A stretch of 64,000 nucleotides of DNA from Nitrosopumilales archaeon (GTDB taxonomy: Archaea; Thermoproteota; Nitrososphaeria; Nitrososphaerales; Nitrososphaeraceae), in assembly GCA_044507735.1 (NCBI GenBank), contig JBIQJB010000001.1, positions 32,001 through 96,000 on the forward strand, in the 5' to 3' direction. The notes under the pieces were generated by a model. It did not search any database and had not been told where the DNA came from. It saw only the letters and a program-made list of their open reading frames with translations. Below, piece by piece: positions 29,940 through 38,392 of the stretch. A program made the translations under genes and the position numbers. Positions within the stretch are counted from its first letter, which is position 1. Each line of letters opens with the position of its first letter.

Positions 29940-30707
29940 ATGACTTCGGTAGCTGATAAAGTCACTACTATTATACTACTGGTAGTGGTATGCCTGAACC
30001 TTGCCCTTTTAGTTTCAAATACCACAGCCGCAGCAGTTGATGATGACGGGGATTATCCCGCTCTGGTCAATGGAGAGATATCCATAGCATTAGCTACTTC
30101 AAGAGGCACCTCTCAAATCGTTGACAACGAACCTATCAGTGCAACCAAGTACTATGAAATACAGTCAAACTTTTTGAATCCAGAAGACTCGCCCAAGAGT
30201 CTTTCACGGGTCTACTTTGTTTCGCTAGTAGTCGATCGATATGGTTACACTGATGAAGTAGCCATGAACACTTATGGCGACCGGACAATACCGGCTCAGG
30301 ATTACTATGATTTTCATAACCCTTGGTTTCCACAAGCCGCCGGCGAGTACAGAATCAGAACGTTCCTTGTGTCCGGACTTGACCCTCCACAAATCCTGAC
30401 TTCTGCGCTAACAGCTTATGTAACGGTTAGCGAAAGAATTGAGCTGCTAGGAATAGGTGAAAGCAACGAGCGGATAGCAGTTCAAAACATCAATCTGACT
30501 GACAACTCTGTAGATGTAAGCGAAACCTACTGCGTCGGTTCTAGCTATCATAAGCAGGTTGAGGCTACACTTCATGCAGGCGAACACGTAACAATCGGTG
30601 TAGTCGATGTCTACTTTTTGGGTATAGAGGAGGAAGAGAACAACAACAAAGCCAAGTTTAGATTTGAAGCAAATTCCGGCATGGAAGGTGATGTATGCCT
30701 AATCTAG
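29940..30707 (+). CDS. secreted two-domain Ig-like protein
   Basis: Signal peptide; WFPQAAGEYRIRTFLVS; TTATATA upstream. Confidence 0.65.
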   Translation: MTSVADKVTTIILLVVVCLNLALLVSNTTAAAVDDDGDYPALVNGEISIALATSRGTSQIVDNEPISATKYYEIQSNFLNPEDSPKSLSRVYFVSLVVDRYGYTDEVAMNTYGDRTIPAQDYYDFHNPWFPQAAGEYRIRTFLVSGLDPPQILTSALTAYVTVSERIELLGIGESNERIAVQNINLTDNSVDVSETYCVGSSYHKQVEATLHAGEHVTIGVVDVYFLGIEEEENNNKAKFRFEANSGMEGDVCLI

Positions 30708-30804
30708 TTATGGCATATCTTCCCTCCCTCTCCGTATGGCATCTTCAAGATTCAGGTTAACGCATGCTTCTTGAGATAGAGTTTTGCCGTCTAGCCCTTC
30801 ATAT

Positions 30805-30819
30805 CTTTTGAGCCTTTGC
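30805..30819. repeat. gene-junction motif CTTTTGAGCCTTTGC
   Basis: 3 nt from the stop codon at 30823; no ORF follows. Confidence 0.65.
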
Positions 30820-30822
30820 CTG

Positions 30823-31452
30823 CTAGTATTCTTTCAAAGATTCTGCAATAGCCGCTAGTTGCTCCAGTGGAATGTCAGTTGACCGAGCCTGTATCTTTAC
30901 AATGGTTCCAGTCATGTCGTCAACTACCCACATTGTGGCAGGATGCTCGTTTTCAGACCTGTGGACTATTTCGCCATTTTCGTCTATAGCTATCGATTCA
31001 GACAATCCCCTGTCGTATCCGACGGCATGCATCCTTCCATTCTGAAAAACGTAGCTCTTCGCTTCAAGCGCACTTCCCGTAATGCTTGCAACAGCCCTCT
31101 GGACATACTCTTCACCAGTTTTTGCGGTGCTTGCTGCGCTCAAGGGAGATTCAACAATTTCAATGAACCCTTCTTCTGGCGATGCCGGGTTATCGGGGTC
31201 GCACACTGACCGGGTAAAATACTGCATATACACAGTATCCGGCGGTGCATACTCTACTGACTGCAGAGAATAGCCAGCCGGCAGTGACTTTGGTAGCAGT
31301 ATTACAAATGAAGCGTTCGCTTTAACGCTCTCGATGCTCTGCCAACAGAGAACTTTGTAGTTCGGCGCGCCACTGACGAATATCGAGAACACCAATACCA
31401 GCATAATGCCAACAGCCAAACCGGCAACTACGGGTGCTGTTTCTACAGCCAA
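30823..31452 (-). CDS. membrane-anchored DUF4367-like protein (paralog of 33467..34039)
   Basis: PVVAGLAVGI anchor; FVILLPKSLPAGYSL; LEQLAAIAESL. Confidence 0.7.
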   Translation of the reverse strand: MAVETAPVVAGLAVGIMLVLVFSIFVSGAPNYKVLCWQSIESVKANASFVILLPKSLPAGYSLQSVEYAPPDTVYMQYFTRSVCDPDNPASPEEGFIEIVESPLSAASTAKTGEEYVQRAVASITGSALEAKSYVFQNGRMHAVGYDRGLSESIAIDENGEIVHRSENEHPATMWVVDDMTGTIVKIQARSTDIPLEQLAAIAESLKEY

Positions 31453-31520
31453 ACTATCTAATGGAAAAGCAGACGTTTACTTTAGTATTGTGCAGATAAC
31501 GTCCATATGGGTTCCAAGTG

Positions 31521-31554
31521 GCTGAGGTCGTGGGTTCAAATCCCACCCGGTCCA
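31521..31554 (+). repeat. orphan tRNA 3' half (probable att remnant, tRNA-Ala-like)
   Basis: GCTGAGGTC GTGGG TTCAAAT CCCAC CCGGTCC A = variable loop, T-arm and acceptor 3' strand; no 5' half upstream. Confidence 0.75.
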
Positions 31555-31665
31555 CTCCTACTACCTATTCTATAACTACTGCATTGAATTGAGCGCGTTT
31601 TTGGGATTTGTCCGACACTCAATCTTTGATAAATACGGGGCTGTAATGTTCTTGAGCCATTTCAA

Positions 31666-32169
31666 CTAGCATGGTAGAGCATTGTTACGCAATAGTTTCA
31701 GCACATCCTCTTGGTCTATTACCGAGCTGCTGAAGCCGCTTGGGTTTCCCAAATACGATATCCCACATCGAAGCTTCGTCTCCCGGATATTACCATCAAG
31801 GTCAATCACAACATGGAGATTAGGGTATTCATATCGAATAAGCGAAGCGCCGCCGTAAACGACTATTGTTCTGGCAGGAGCAACGTATCCAACAGTTATC
31901 GCCGGATCCGAGCTTGCAATATTTCCATTTTCGTCATATTCTACAAAAGGCTCTCTATTCACAAGCCCTTCCTTTGCAAAGTAATAGTTTGCAAGAAAAA
32001 GCTGCACCGCCTCTAGCTGTCTTGCTTTGTCAATCAGCACTTGCTCTTCCGGAGTTGTGTCCATTAGAAAGCGTGAGGCTGGTGGATTTAGGGCAATGAA
32101 CAGCACGACGATGAAACCTATGCCTATCGCAAGTCCCGCAACAACCGGTAGCGCAATACCTTCAATCAC
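31666..32169 (-). CDS. membrane-anchored hypothetical protein
   Basis: PVVAGLAIGIG anchor; LIDKARQLEAVQLFLANY. Confidence 0.65.
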   Translation of the reverse strand: MIEGIALPVVAGLAIGIGFIVVLFIALNPPASRFLMDTTPEEQVLIDKARQLEAVQLFLANYYFAKEGLVNREPFVEYDENGNIASSDPAITVGYVAPARTIVVYGGASLIRYEYPNLHVVIDLDGNIRETKLRCGISYLGNPSGFSSSVIDQEDVLKLLRNNALPC

Positions 32170-32191
32170 AAGTGAAATAACGGTCTATTCT

Positions 32192-32240
32192 CTTTTGAGC
32201 TTTTGTCCAATCTTCGTTGTAAGACTGAACCTCTGGATAG
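32192..32240. repeat. gene-junction motif, double copy (CTTTTGAGCTTTTGTCCAA ... GAACCTCTGGATAG)
   Basis: Similar to 22171-22226; abuts the stop codon at 32241. Confidence 0.65.
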
Positions 32241-33380
32241 TCATAGCTTTTGCAGCCGGCCAAAAAACATTTTGAATTTGACAACTAGAACTATGGCAGC
32301 CAGGGATGCGGCCGTAACGATGCCCATGAATACTGGACCAAATTCCGGAACCACAACCGCAGTGAATTGTGCAGACTCCGGGTTGTCAAGGCGATCAAAG
32401 GATCCGCCAGCAGCAGCCTCCCTGTTTAAGGCAGTGATTTCGACTGCAATATCAAGTGAGCCTGTCTGATTTGCTACCAAATACTTTACATCAGTCCCGG
32501 TGCTTGTATGACCGCTGTATCTCTCAGTAACATGATGGTGCAATGGCGAACCTTTGTATTCGATCTCATAAACGACTGTTGTACTATTGTTGATCAGCTG
32601 CCTTGTGGTGGCATTGAAGAAGCTCAATTCAAGCTTGACAACAACTGGCGCCCTGATTTCTTGTGGCATTGTCAGGTTTACCATAATGGGTACAGACCCC
32701 GGAGCAGTCACTTGTGTTAGCGTGAGGTTGCCCAAGTTTCGCATGCCAGCCATATCGTCTTTGAATATCCACTCGCCACTATCAGTATCTAGCTCCCAGT
32801 ATGCCCGGTCTCCGTACGGATCAGATAGCGCAGGTGTGCTATAGCTATATGTTCCACTCAAGTTTGATGCATCGCTTATTGTGTAATTGATGGTGACGAC
32901 AGCGCCATCTTTGTCCGCACCCGGAGGCGGACCACTGCCTTCACCGCCCCCCACCCCGCGTCTTGTATTGAAAAGGTTAGCTGTGGAAATAATGCAGCTT
33001 TCGTTTGGTTCAAGTACCAGGCTGTCTGTAAAGTCAAAAGCTGAGCCTGTTCCTCCAATCCCGAGAGGATTGACTGAGTCTACTTCAATATCAAAGAGCC
33101 CTGCTGTTGCAAGCGTCTCATTCTTGATGTTAGTAAGCTCAATCCAGGCATACGCAAAGCCATCCACTTGACTTAGGCTGCCTTCTTCCGCCGGTAGGCA
33201 CGGCTCTATTTTCTCTTCCAAGCCCCTTAAGGGAGCCCATGGGTCAACCCTTGTGATTATTATTGGCGGATAGGATGATGCATGGGCCGGTGCCGTGCAA
33301 TCGGCAACTGCGATGATCGCCAACGCAAGGCTGCAAAAAATCAAAATCCGGCTGGCGGCTTCGGCTGAACGGATGCCCAT
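32241..33380 (-). CDS. PEFG-CTERM sorting domain surface protein
   Basis: Signal peptide; C-terminal VVPEFG + TM + basic residues. Confidence 0.8.
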   Translation of the reverse strand: MGIRSAEAASRILIFCSLALAIIAVADCTAPAHASSYPPIIITRVDPWAPLRGLEEKIEPCLPAEEGSLSQVDGFAYAWIELTNIKNETLATAGLFDIEVDSVNPLGIGGTGSAFDFTDSLVLEPNESCIISTANLFNTRRGVGGGEGSGPPPGADKDGAVVTINYTISDASNLSGTYSYSTPALSDPYGDRAYWELDTDSGEWIFKDDMAGMRNLGNLTLTQVTAPGSVPIMVNLTMPQEIRAPVVVKLELSFFNATTRQLINNSTTVVYEIEYKGSPLHHHVTERYSGHTSTGTDVKYLVANQTGSLDIAVEITALNREAAAGGSFDRLDNPESAQFTAVVVPEFGPVFMGIVTAASLAAIVLVVKFKMFFGRLQKL

Positions 33381-33408
33381 CTGTGTAGAGGATAATATTG
33401 TTATCTCC

Positions 33409-33466
33409 TAGATGAGCCTTTTGCATCCGGCGTCTACACAATCTCCTTTCGAGCCTTTGGCTACAG
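33409..33466. repeat. gene-junction motif, double copy (TAGATGAGCCTTTTGC ... CTTTCGAGCCTTTGGCTACAG)
   Basis: Both copies are preceded by ATCTCC; the second abuts the stop codon at 33467. Confidence 0.7.
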
Positions 33467-34039
33467 TTATTCCATCAATGAGTCTGCTATCGTTACCAGC
33501 GTTTCCAATGGTGTATCAAGTGACCTTGCATTGATTGCAACGAATGTACCTGTCATGTCGTCCACTGCCACTAGGCGGGCTTTGAGATATGCTTCATCCC
33601 AATAGCCTACTGCATGCATCCTTCCGTCTTGCAAAACATAGCTAGTGGCGTTGATGTTGCTTGCTTGATATCTTGCGATCTCCTTCTGTACATATTCTGT
33701 TCCGTTCTTGGCATCGTTTTCTTTGCTAAAGGATGCCTCAACAATCTCGATTACGCCCTGCTCAGGTTCATATGGATTGTTTGGATCGCAAAGTGATCTC
33801 GTAAAGTACTGCATGTTAACATAGACGTCTGGCACATAGACTACTGATTGAAGAGAATAACCCGCAGGCAATGTCTGTGGCAGCAATACCATAAATGGCG
33901 CATTTTCTTTTACACTCTCTATGCTCTGCCCACAAATAGCGGTAGTGCTGCCGCTACCTGTGGCAAGCACTGAAAGCATCACTATAAACGCAATACCTGC
34001 AGCCAAACCAATTACAACAGGCAATACTTCTCCACCCAT
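33467..34039 (-). CDS. membrane-anchored DUF4367-like protein (paralog of 30823..31452)
   Basis: QSIESVK..A.F..LLP..LPAGYSLQSV...MQYFTRS.CDP shared with its paralog. Confidence 0.7.
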   Translation of the reverse strand: MGGEVLPVVIGLAAGIAFIVMLSVLATGSGSTTAICGQSIESVKENAPFMVLLPQTLPAGYSLQSVVYVPDVYVNMQYFTRSLCDPNNPYEPEQGVIEIVEASFSKENDAKNGTEYVQKEIARYQASNINATSYVLQDGRMHAVGYWDEAYLKARLVAVDDMTGTFVAINARSLDTPLETLVTIADSLME

Positions 34040-34117
34040 AGCTAATAGTTCTATAGCAATGTAGCACCTACATCAGTATTACGTAGGCAGCATCTATCAT
34101 TCCTTTTTCTTTCTCAG

Positions 34118-35017
34118 CTATATCCTATTTCGCCCGCAGCTTTTCTTTCGGGAGCTCAGGATCAAGATGGATGCCATACCCACTGCTGTTACTATAATGG
34201 AAAACGAGCCAAATTCGGGTATAACAGATGTACCTATTACATCAATAGATGATGCATTTTGAGGATAGCGAAATTCTAGGCTGCTAATTACCATAATTCC
34301 GTTCTGTCTATATTGTCGTTCTGCAAAATCCACCTGTTTCCCGTCTACAAGAACAGTGTAGTTGCCACCTAACAACCTATGAGGTATCGTGATTGAAAAA
34401 TAGCCCTCATTTGCCATTTCGCTTCTACCTTCAATGTCAGCATGAATTTTCTTTTCTTCTTGGATGAATAAAAGATCGCATTTCATTGCATTGGTTCTTA
34501 ACCCAACCCTAACCTGCTCTTTCTCACCGTTGCCATACGCACCAGTTACGTTTTGCTCCAATTGCAGTATGAAGGGATGGTCGTGGGGTTCTAGAATATC
34601 TCCGGAAGTGAGCTCAAGTCTGTCAGAACCTCTCCAGCCTAGGTCAATACGCAAAGAAATTTGTTCGCACGTTCTTGAGAGTTCCTGAAACTCGGCGACT
34701 TCATCGTCAGTAAAGATTGCAGGCTCGTAGTGGTCGGTGAATAAAAGAACGTCGTACAATTCCCTAGGAAATGTCAGATCTAGGTATCCTCCAACGGGAT
34801 ATGTAAATGAGATAACCATGAAAGTGGAATCCTCCACTGTAACGTTTTTGATTGAACCGCTGTAGCTAAAACTGTAAAAGAGTGGATAGGTATTGTCTCC
34901 AACTTGAACATCTATGGACTGTAGGCTGCCAGAAGCATGACTCGGAATGACAATAGAAGGGAAAAGCGCAGCCGCAAAACCAAGACTAGATAGAACGATA
35001 AGTGTTATTCTAGCCAT
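34118..35017 (-). CDS. PEFG-CTERM sorting domain surface protein
   Basis: Signal peptide; ITIPHRLLGG, VLVDG, IDVIGTSVIPEFG + TM. Confidence 0.85.
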   Translation of the reverse strand: MARITLIVLSSLGFAAALFPSIVIPSHASGSLQSIDVQVGDNTYPLFYSFSYSGSIKNVTVEDSTFMVISFTYPVGGYLDLTFPRELYDVLLFTDHYEPAIFTDDEVAEFQELSRTCEQISLRIDLGWRGSDRLELTSGDILEPHDHPFILQLEQNVTGAYGNGEKEQVRVGLRTNAMKCDLLFIQEEKKIHADIEGRSEMANEGYFSITIPHRLLGGNYTVLVDGKQVDFAERQYRQNGIMVISSLEFRYPQNASSIDVIGTSVIPEFGSFSIIVTAVGMASILILSSRKKSCGRNRI

Positions 35018-35038
35018 GAATGTAATAGCTCTTCATTT

Positions 35039-35054
35039 CTTTTAGCCTTTAGCT
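35039..35054. repeat. gene-junction motif variant CTTTTAGCCTTTAGCT
   Basis: 22 nt upstream of the start at 35017. Confidence 0.5.
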
Positions 35055-35192
35055 GCTTTCAGAATTTCGGGAGATTAACTTTTACATCGTATATATCGAG
35101 ATCAACGGTGCTGATTCTAAAAACATTGTTGCTCCTTCAAATATCCCAAAACATCATCCGTTACCCGGTATTGACTCCCTATCCCGTCAGGA

Positions 35193-35507
35193 GTGCAGAA
35201 AACTGTAGAGGAAGAGGGCATGCCATATCTGAAAAAGGACAATCCCAAGCGCTTATCTGACATAAGGGACGCCTTTGAACAATACATTTCAATCCTTGGA
35301 GAGAGCGCCAAGAACGCAATGATGTATGAACTGACCGTTTATGCCAGGGTATATTTTGATGAGCCCGATCTGTCCATTGTGAAACTGCACGAAGGTCTCA
35401 AGCTTCTATATGGACCGGATACTGCTGACATTATCACAGAGGAAGTTATCTTGAGACTAGATAGATTTGCGGAGGAAAGAAAACAAAGACAGCAGCAGTC
35501 ACTGTGA
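35193..35507 (+). CDS. hypothetical protein
   Basis: ISILGESAKNAMMYEL...LHEGLKLLYGP helical domain; start may be ATG 35220. Confidence 0.6.
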   Translation: MQKTVEEEGMPYLKKDNPKRLSDIRDAFEQYISILGESAKNAMMYELTVYARVYFDEPDLSIVKLHEGLKLLYGPDTADIITEEVILRLDRFAEERKQRQQQSL

Positions 35508-35699
35508 TACACATACCCTAGTATGCATGAGCCTCTTTCTTGTGTTCTTGCAGCTGACCATAGTATGGAAAAACAGCCCTGCATTTATCACAATACCAGT
35601 CTAGATTGCGACGCAGCCGAGCCCTCCATAGTCTTAATGGAACCTTTCCCATCATTGCGTTGTGCTTGAATTATTCGATATAACCATTATGCAAATAAC

Positions 35700-35993
35700 T
35701 CACCTACAAGGCTTGCACGGTAATAGCTCTGCTGGATTGGGATGATCTCTCTCAATTAACAGCCAGTTCATTTGGGCAATGCAGTAAGTCTCGTCAGAAG
35801 TTAACGGGATCAGTGATAATAACCTGGTTTTCTCGGGACAGGCTGGGCAATTCTCAAGTGAACCATGTTCCAAGATCGTGGCACTCCAATAACAAGAGTC
35901 GCAGAGTGCAAACTGTCGTTTTGGTTTTGTAACACTTGGTTCCATTTGCAAAGAATAGGTAGTTGTTGACATGGCGGAATATTCGTGTGTCAA
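35700..35993 (-). CDS. small Zn-ribbon hypothetical protein
   Basis: FALCDSCYWSAT ... CPAC ... LSLIPL. Confidence 0.5.
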   Translation of the reverse strand: MTHEYSAMSTTTYSLQMEPSVTKPKRQFALCDSCYWSATILEHGSLENCPACPEKTRLLSLIPLTSDETYCIAQMNWLLIERDHPNPAELLPCKPCR

Positions 35994-36441
35994 ACTAGAT
36001 AATGCTTGTCAAGATTGATTCCGTAGGTTCCCATAATCTATGTAGTGGTAGATGGTGTCATTGATCTACAGCGAATACACTTTTTGGCTCACACTCTTAT
36101 TCAAATGTCAAGAGGTCATGGAAACTCCGACAACGGATAAACACACACTAACACAGCCATCCCCCATGAAGTTGTGGAGCCACACCATCGCCTCTAAACA
36201 TTATCACCCGTAACTTAACGTCCACTTTTCCATACCCGAAAACCACCCTTAAGTTAGCGCTCGTCAGAAAACAGGGAAATCTGCAGCCAACTTAACAGTG
36301 TCAAAATGATAGCTTACATCGCTAAAAAACTATAATATCATAATAAATTGGCGTAAGGTTGACGAATTTTCTCAAACAGGGAAAATACACGCGATGAATG
36401 GCATCTTGATTATTTTGTGCTCCAAGGCTTCCCGTGTGCTC

Positions 36442-37050
36442 TTAAGCTTTCCTTGCAACTGCCTTTATAGCCCCATAAATCACAATGCCAATACCGACAA
36501 GTGATGCTACAGCGGCAAGGGGAATCATTCCTAACAGGGCTTTGCCCAGCGGGTTGTGGACATCGCTGTAATTGGTCAAGAATCCAAATTCGTACGCGAC
36601 GCTTGTCTGTCCCCTGTGAATCCTGTTGGTTCCGTCTTCAAGGCTAGACAAAGTTGCTGTGTAGGTGCCAAAGTTGCCATCAGGTTTCAAAGAAACAATT
36701 ATTCTAAGTTCATTAAAGTCATCTTCAAATACAATTTCATTGTCTGGATCTCTGATTTCAAGATGCGCTGGAATTGCGATTGGATTTGAGCCTGAAGGGG
36801 AATAGAAAGCTGCTCTAAATGTCAGGTCTTGTCCTACATCCTGTACTACTCTGCATTCTGCCTCAATTACTCTGCCGGGAACAAATGAAGTATTTGTGGG
36901 ATTACCGCACAAAGCCATGGGAGATAGCAAGCTAGCAGACCCAAAAAACAGCCCTACTCCAAAAGATAGGACAATAGCCCCTACTATCAGAATCTTGTAC
37001 TTGTGCAGGGGGTTTTGAACAACTGCCATATCACCATCCCTACTGTGCAC
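36442..37050 (-). CDS. hypothetical membrane protein (N- and C-terminal TM)
   Basis: 202-aa ORF with two hydrophobic ends. Confidence 0.6.
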   Translation of the reverse strand: MHSRDGDMAVVQNPLHKYKILIVGAIVLSFGVGLFFGSASLLSPMALCGNPTNTSFVPGRVIEAECRVVQDVGQDLTFRAAFYSPSGSNPIAIPAHLEIRDPDNEIVFEDDFNELRIIVSLKPDGNFGTYTATLSSLEDGTNRIHRGQTSVAYEFGFLTNYSDVHNPLGKALLGMIPLAAVASLVGIGIVIYGAIKAVARKA

Positions 37051-37217
37051 AAGAGCAATCCCGTGCTTATTAAGATATTAAATGTTGTATGTCTTTTTGC
37101 ATGTTACACCCAATTTTTCATACAAATGCAATACAAATTCCGAGAAAGGTTAAGTAAATGCGATACATAAAACCGTCTGTAGGCATGGCATACAAAATGC
37201 CTATAGAAGGTATTTGA

Positions 37218-38231
37218 TTGTCCGCGCCCAACCCTTCAACAAATGCTACTCCTCGTGTTCACGATTATGAGGCAAGACATCTAGAAGAATGGAGAACTGC
37301 AAGAGGTATTTTAGAAAAATTTGATGATCGGATACACGACCTGCGCAAGGTTGGATTCACCTTCATCACGGCACTTCTTGCTGCACAGTCGATCCTTTTT
37401 CCGAACGTTGCAACCCTGCTTGCCCCTTCAACCAACGAAGCAATCGATATGCCAGAACCATTGAACGCGCAAAATACAACTTCCGCCAACCAAAATTCAT
37501 TAGCTGAAACACCTGCACAATCGAATACCGTTTTGCCTGACGGAATCAAGTTTGCCGTCTTGCTAGTTACGCTTTTTCTGATTATTCTTGTGAAGATGAT
37601 CGAAAGAAACTACAAGCTTTTTCAGCAAGCAACATCGCTGAGGGCGATCGTTCTTGAGCATAGTCTGAATTTAGAGCTGACAGAGACCATAGCTAGCAAG
37701 CACCAGAGCCACCGAATGGACTGGTACTCGATGGCAGTCTACTATCTTTTCGAGCTTGCTCTTGTTGTACTTGCGTTTGCCGTCCTACCTGCGAGCCAAG
37801 ATTTAGCTATGACACTTGCAGTCATTGCGCTAGCTGAGGGAGTCTTTCATTTTGTTATAGAACGTTTGTATTTCTGGAGGAAAAGGGTGATTGACTGGAC
37901 TATCGACAAGACTAAAGTCTATCCTGCGGAAGAATTCTGTGTGACAGTCACAAACATATCATTATCGGAGAAAACACGAAAGCTGTTTAAAGCAGGTGCG
38001 ATTGCTTGGCGGCTGGAGCACGCTTCGGGCACAAGTACCTTCGCTTTTAAGTCACCGATTGAACTTGAGCTCGGCAAAATGGCCAAGTTTTCGTGGTCAT
38101 TTGCATTTCCGCCTGGTGCACCAAAGGGAATCTACTACTTGCGAGTCTTCAAAGGAGATGCTTCCAATGAATTGTTCGGGGCTGAAGGCGAGTCAAAAGT
38201 ATTGCGTAGGAACGTAGAGCTTGTCCCTTGA
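37218..38231 (+). CDS. hypothetical membrane protein with C-terminal Ig-like domain
   Basis: Four TM segments; EEWRTAR...FDDRIHDLRK.GF; GAAAGGTTAAGTA promoter-like sequence at 37144. Confidence 0.65.
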   Translation: MSAPNPSTNATPRVHDYEARHLEEWRTARGILEKFDDRIHDLRKVGFTFITALLAAQSILFPNVATLLAPSTNEAIDMPEPLNAQNTTSANQNSLAETPAQSNTVLPDGIKFAVLLVTLFLIILVKMIERNYKLFQQATSLRAIVLEHSLNLELTETIASKHQSHRMDWYSMAVYYLFELALVVLAFAVLPASQDLAMTLAVIALAEGVFHFVIERLYFWRKRVIDWTIDKTKVYPAEEFCVTVTNISLSEKTRKLFKAGAIAWRLEHASGTSTFAFKSPIELELGKMAKFSWSFAFPPGAPKGIYYLRVFKGDASNELFGAEGESKVLRRNVELVP

Positions 38232-38372
38232 TTTCGAGTCAAACTGATAGTTCATTTTTTTACCTTATATTGGATTGAAAAAGCTAAATAGCACGCTCTA
38301 CTGATAACAGGATGCTATGGAAGACATTCTTTCCTCAAAGAAGAATGAACCCTCAAGCACCGCGACGGGTTG

Positions 38373-38392
38373 CAAATCCCTCTCCCGGCGCT
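38373..38392 (+). repeat. attR, 20-bp direct repeat of the tRNA-Ser 3' end
   Basis: CAAATCCCTCTCCCGGCGCT identical to 7108-7127, preceded by GGGTTG (tRNA has GGGTT). Confidence 0.9.

Larger units (their letters stand above)
7108..38392. mobile_element. tRNA-Ser-integrated element (~31.3 kb), integrative plasmid-like
   Basis: 20-bp att direct repeats, adjacent tyrosine integrase, Rep-like gene, R-M and accessory cargo; host housekeeping genes resume after 38.9 kb. Confidence 0.88.

Noticed and set aside
31500-31554. Complete tRNA gene at 31.5 kb
   Set aside because: No acceptor 5' strand, D-arm or anticodon arm upstream; reported as a fragment only.
21141-34039. Diversity-generating retroelement (DUF72 duplicate or paralog pairs as TR/VR)
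   Set aside because: No reverse transcriptase; mismatches are not adenine-specific and are largely synonymous.
22171-35054. Junction repeats as a CRISPR array
   Set aside because: Copies are degenerate and separated by whole genes rather than 30-40 nt spacers; no cas genes in the window.
22171-35054. Junction repeats as canonical integron attC sites
   Set aside because: No RYYYAAC...GTTRRRY ends or long imperfect palindromes; the integrase resembles tRNA-targeting archaeal integrases.
7108-38392. Provirus or conjugative ICE
   Set aside because: No recognisable capsid, terminase, portal, VirB4 or VirD4 genes.
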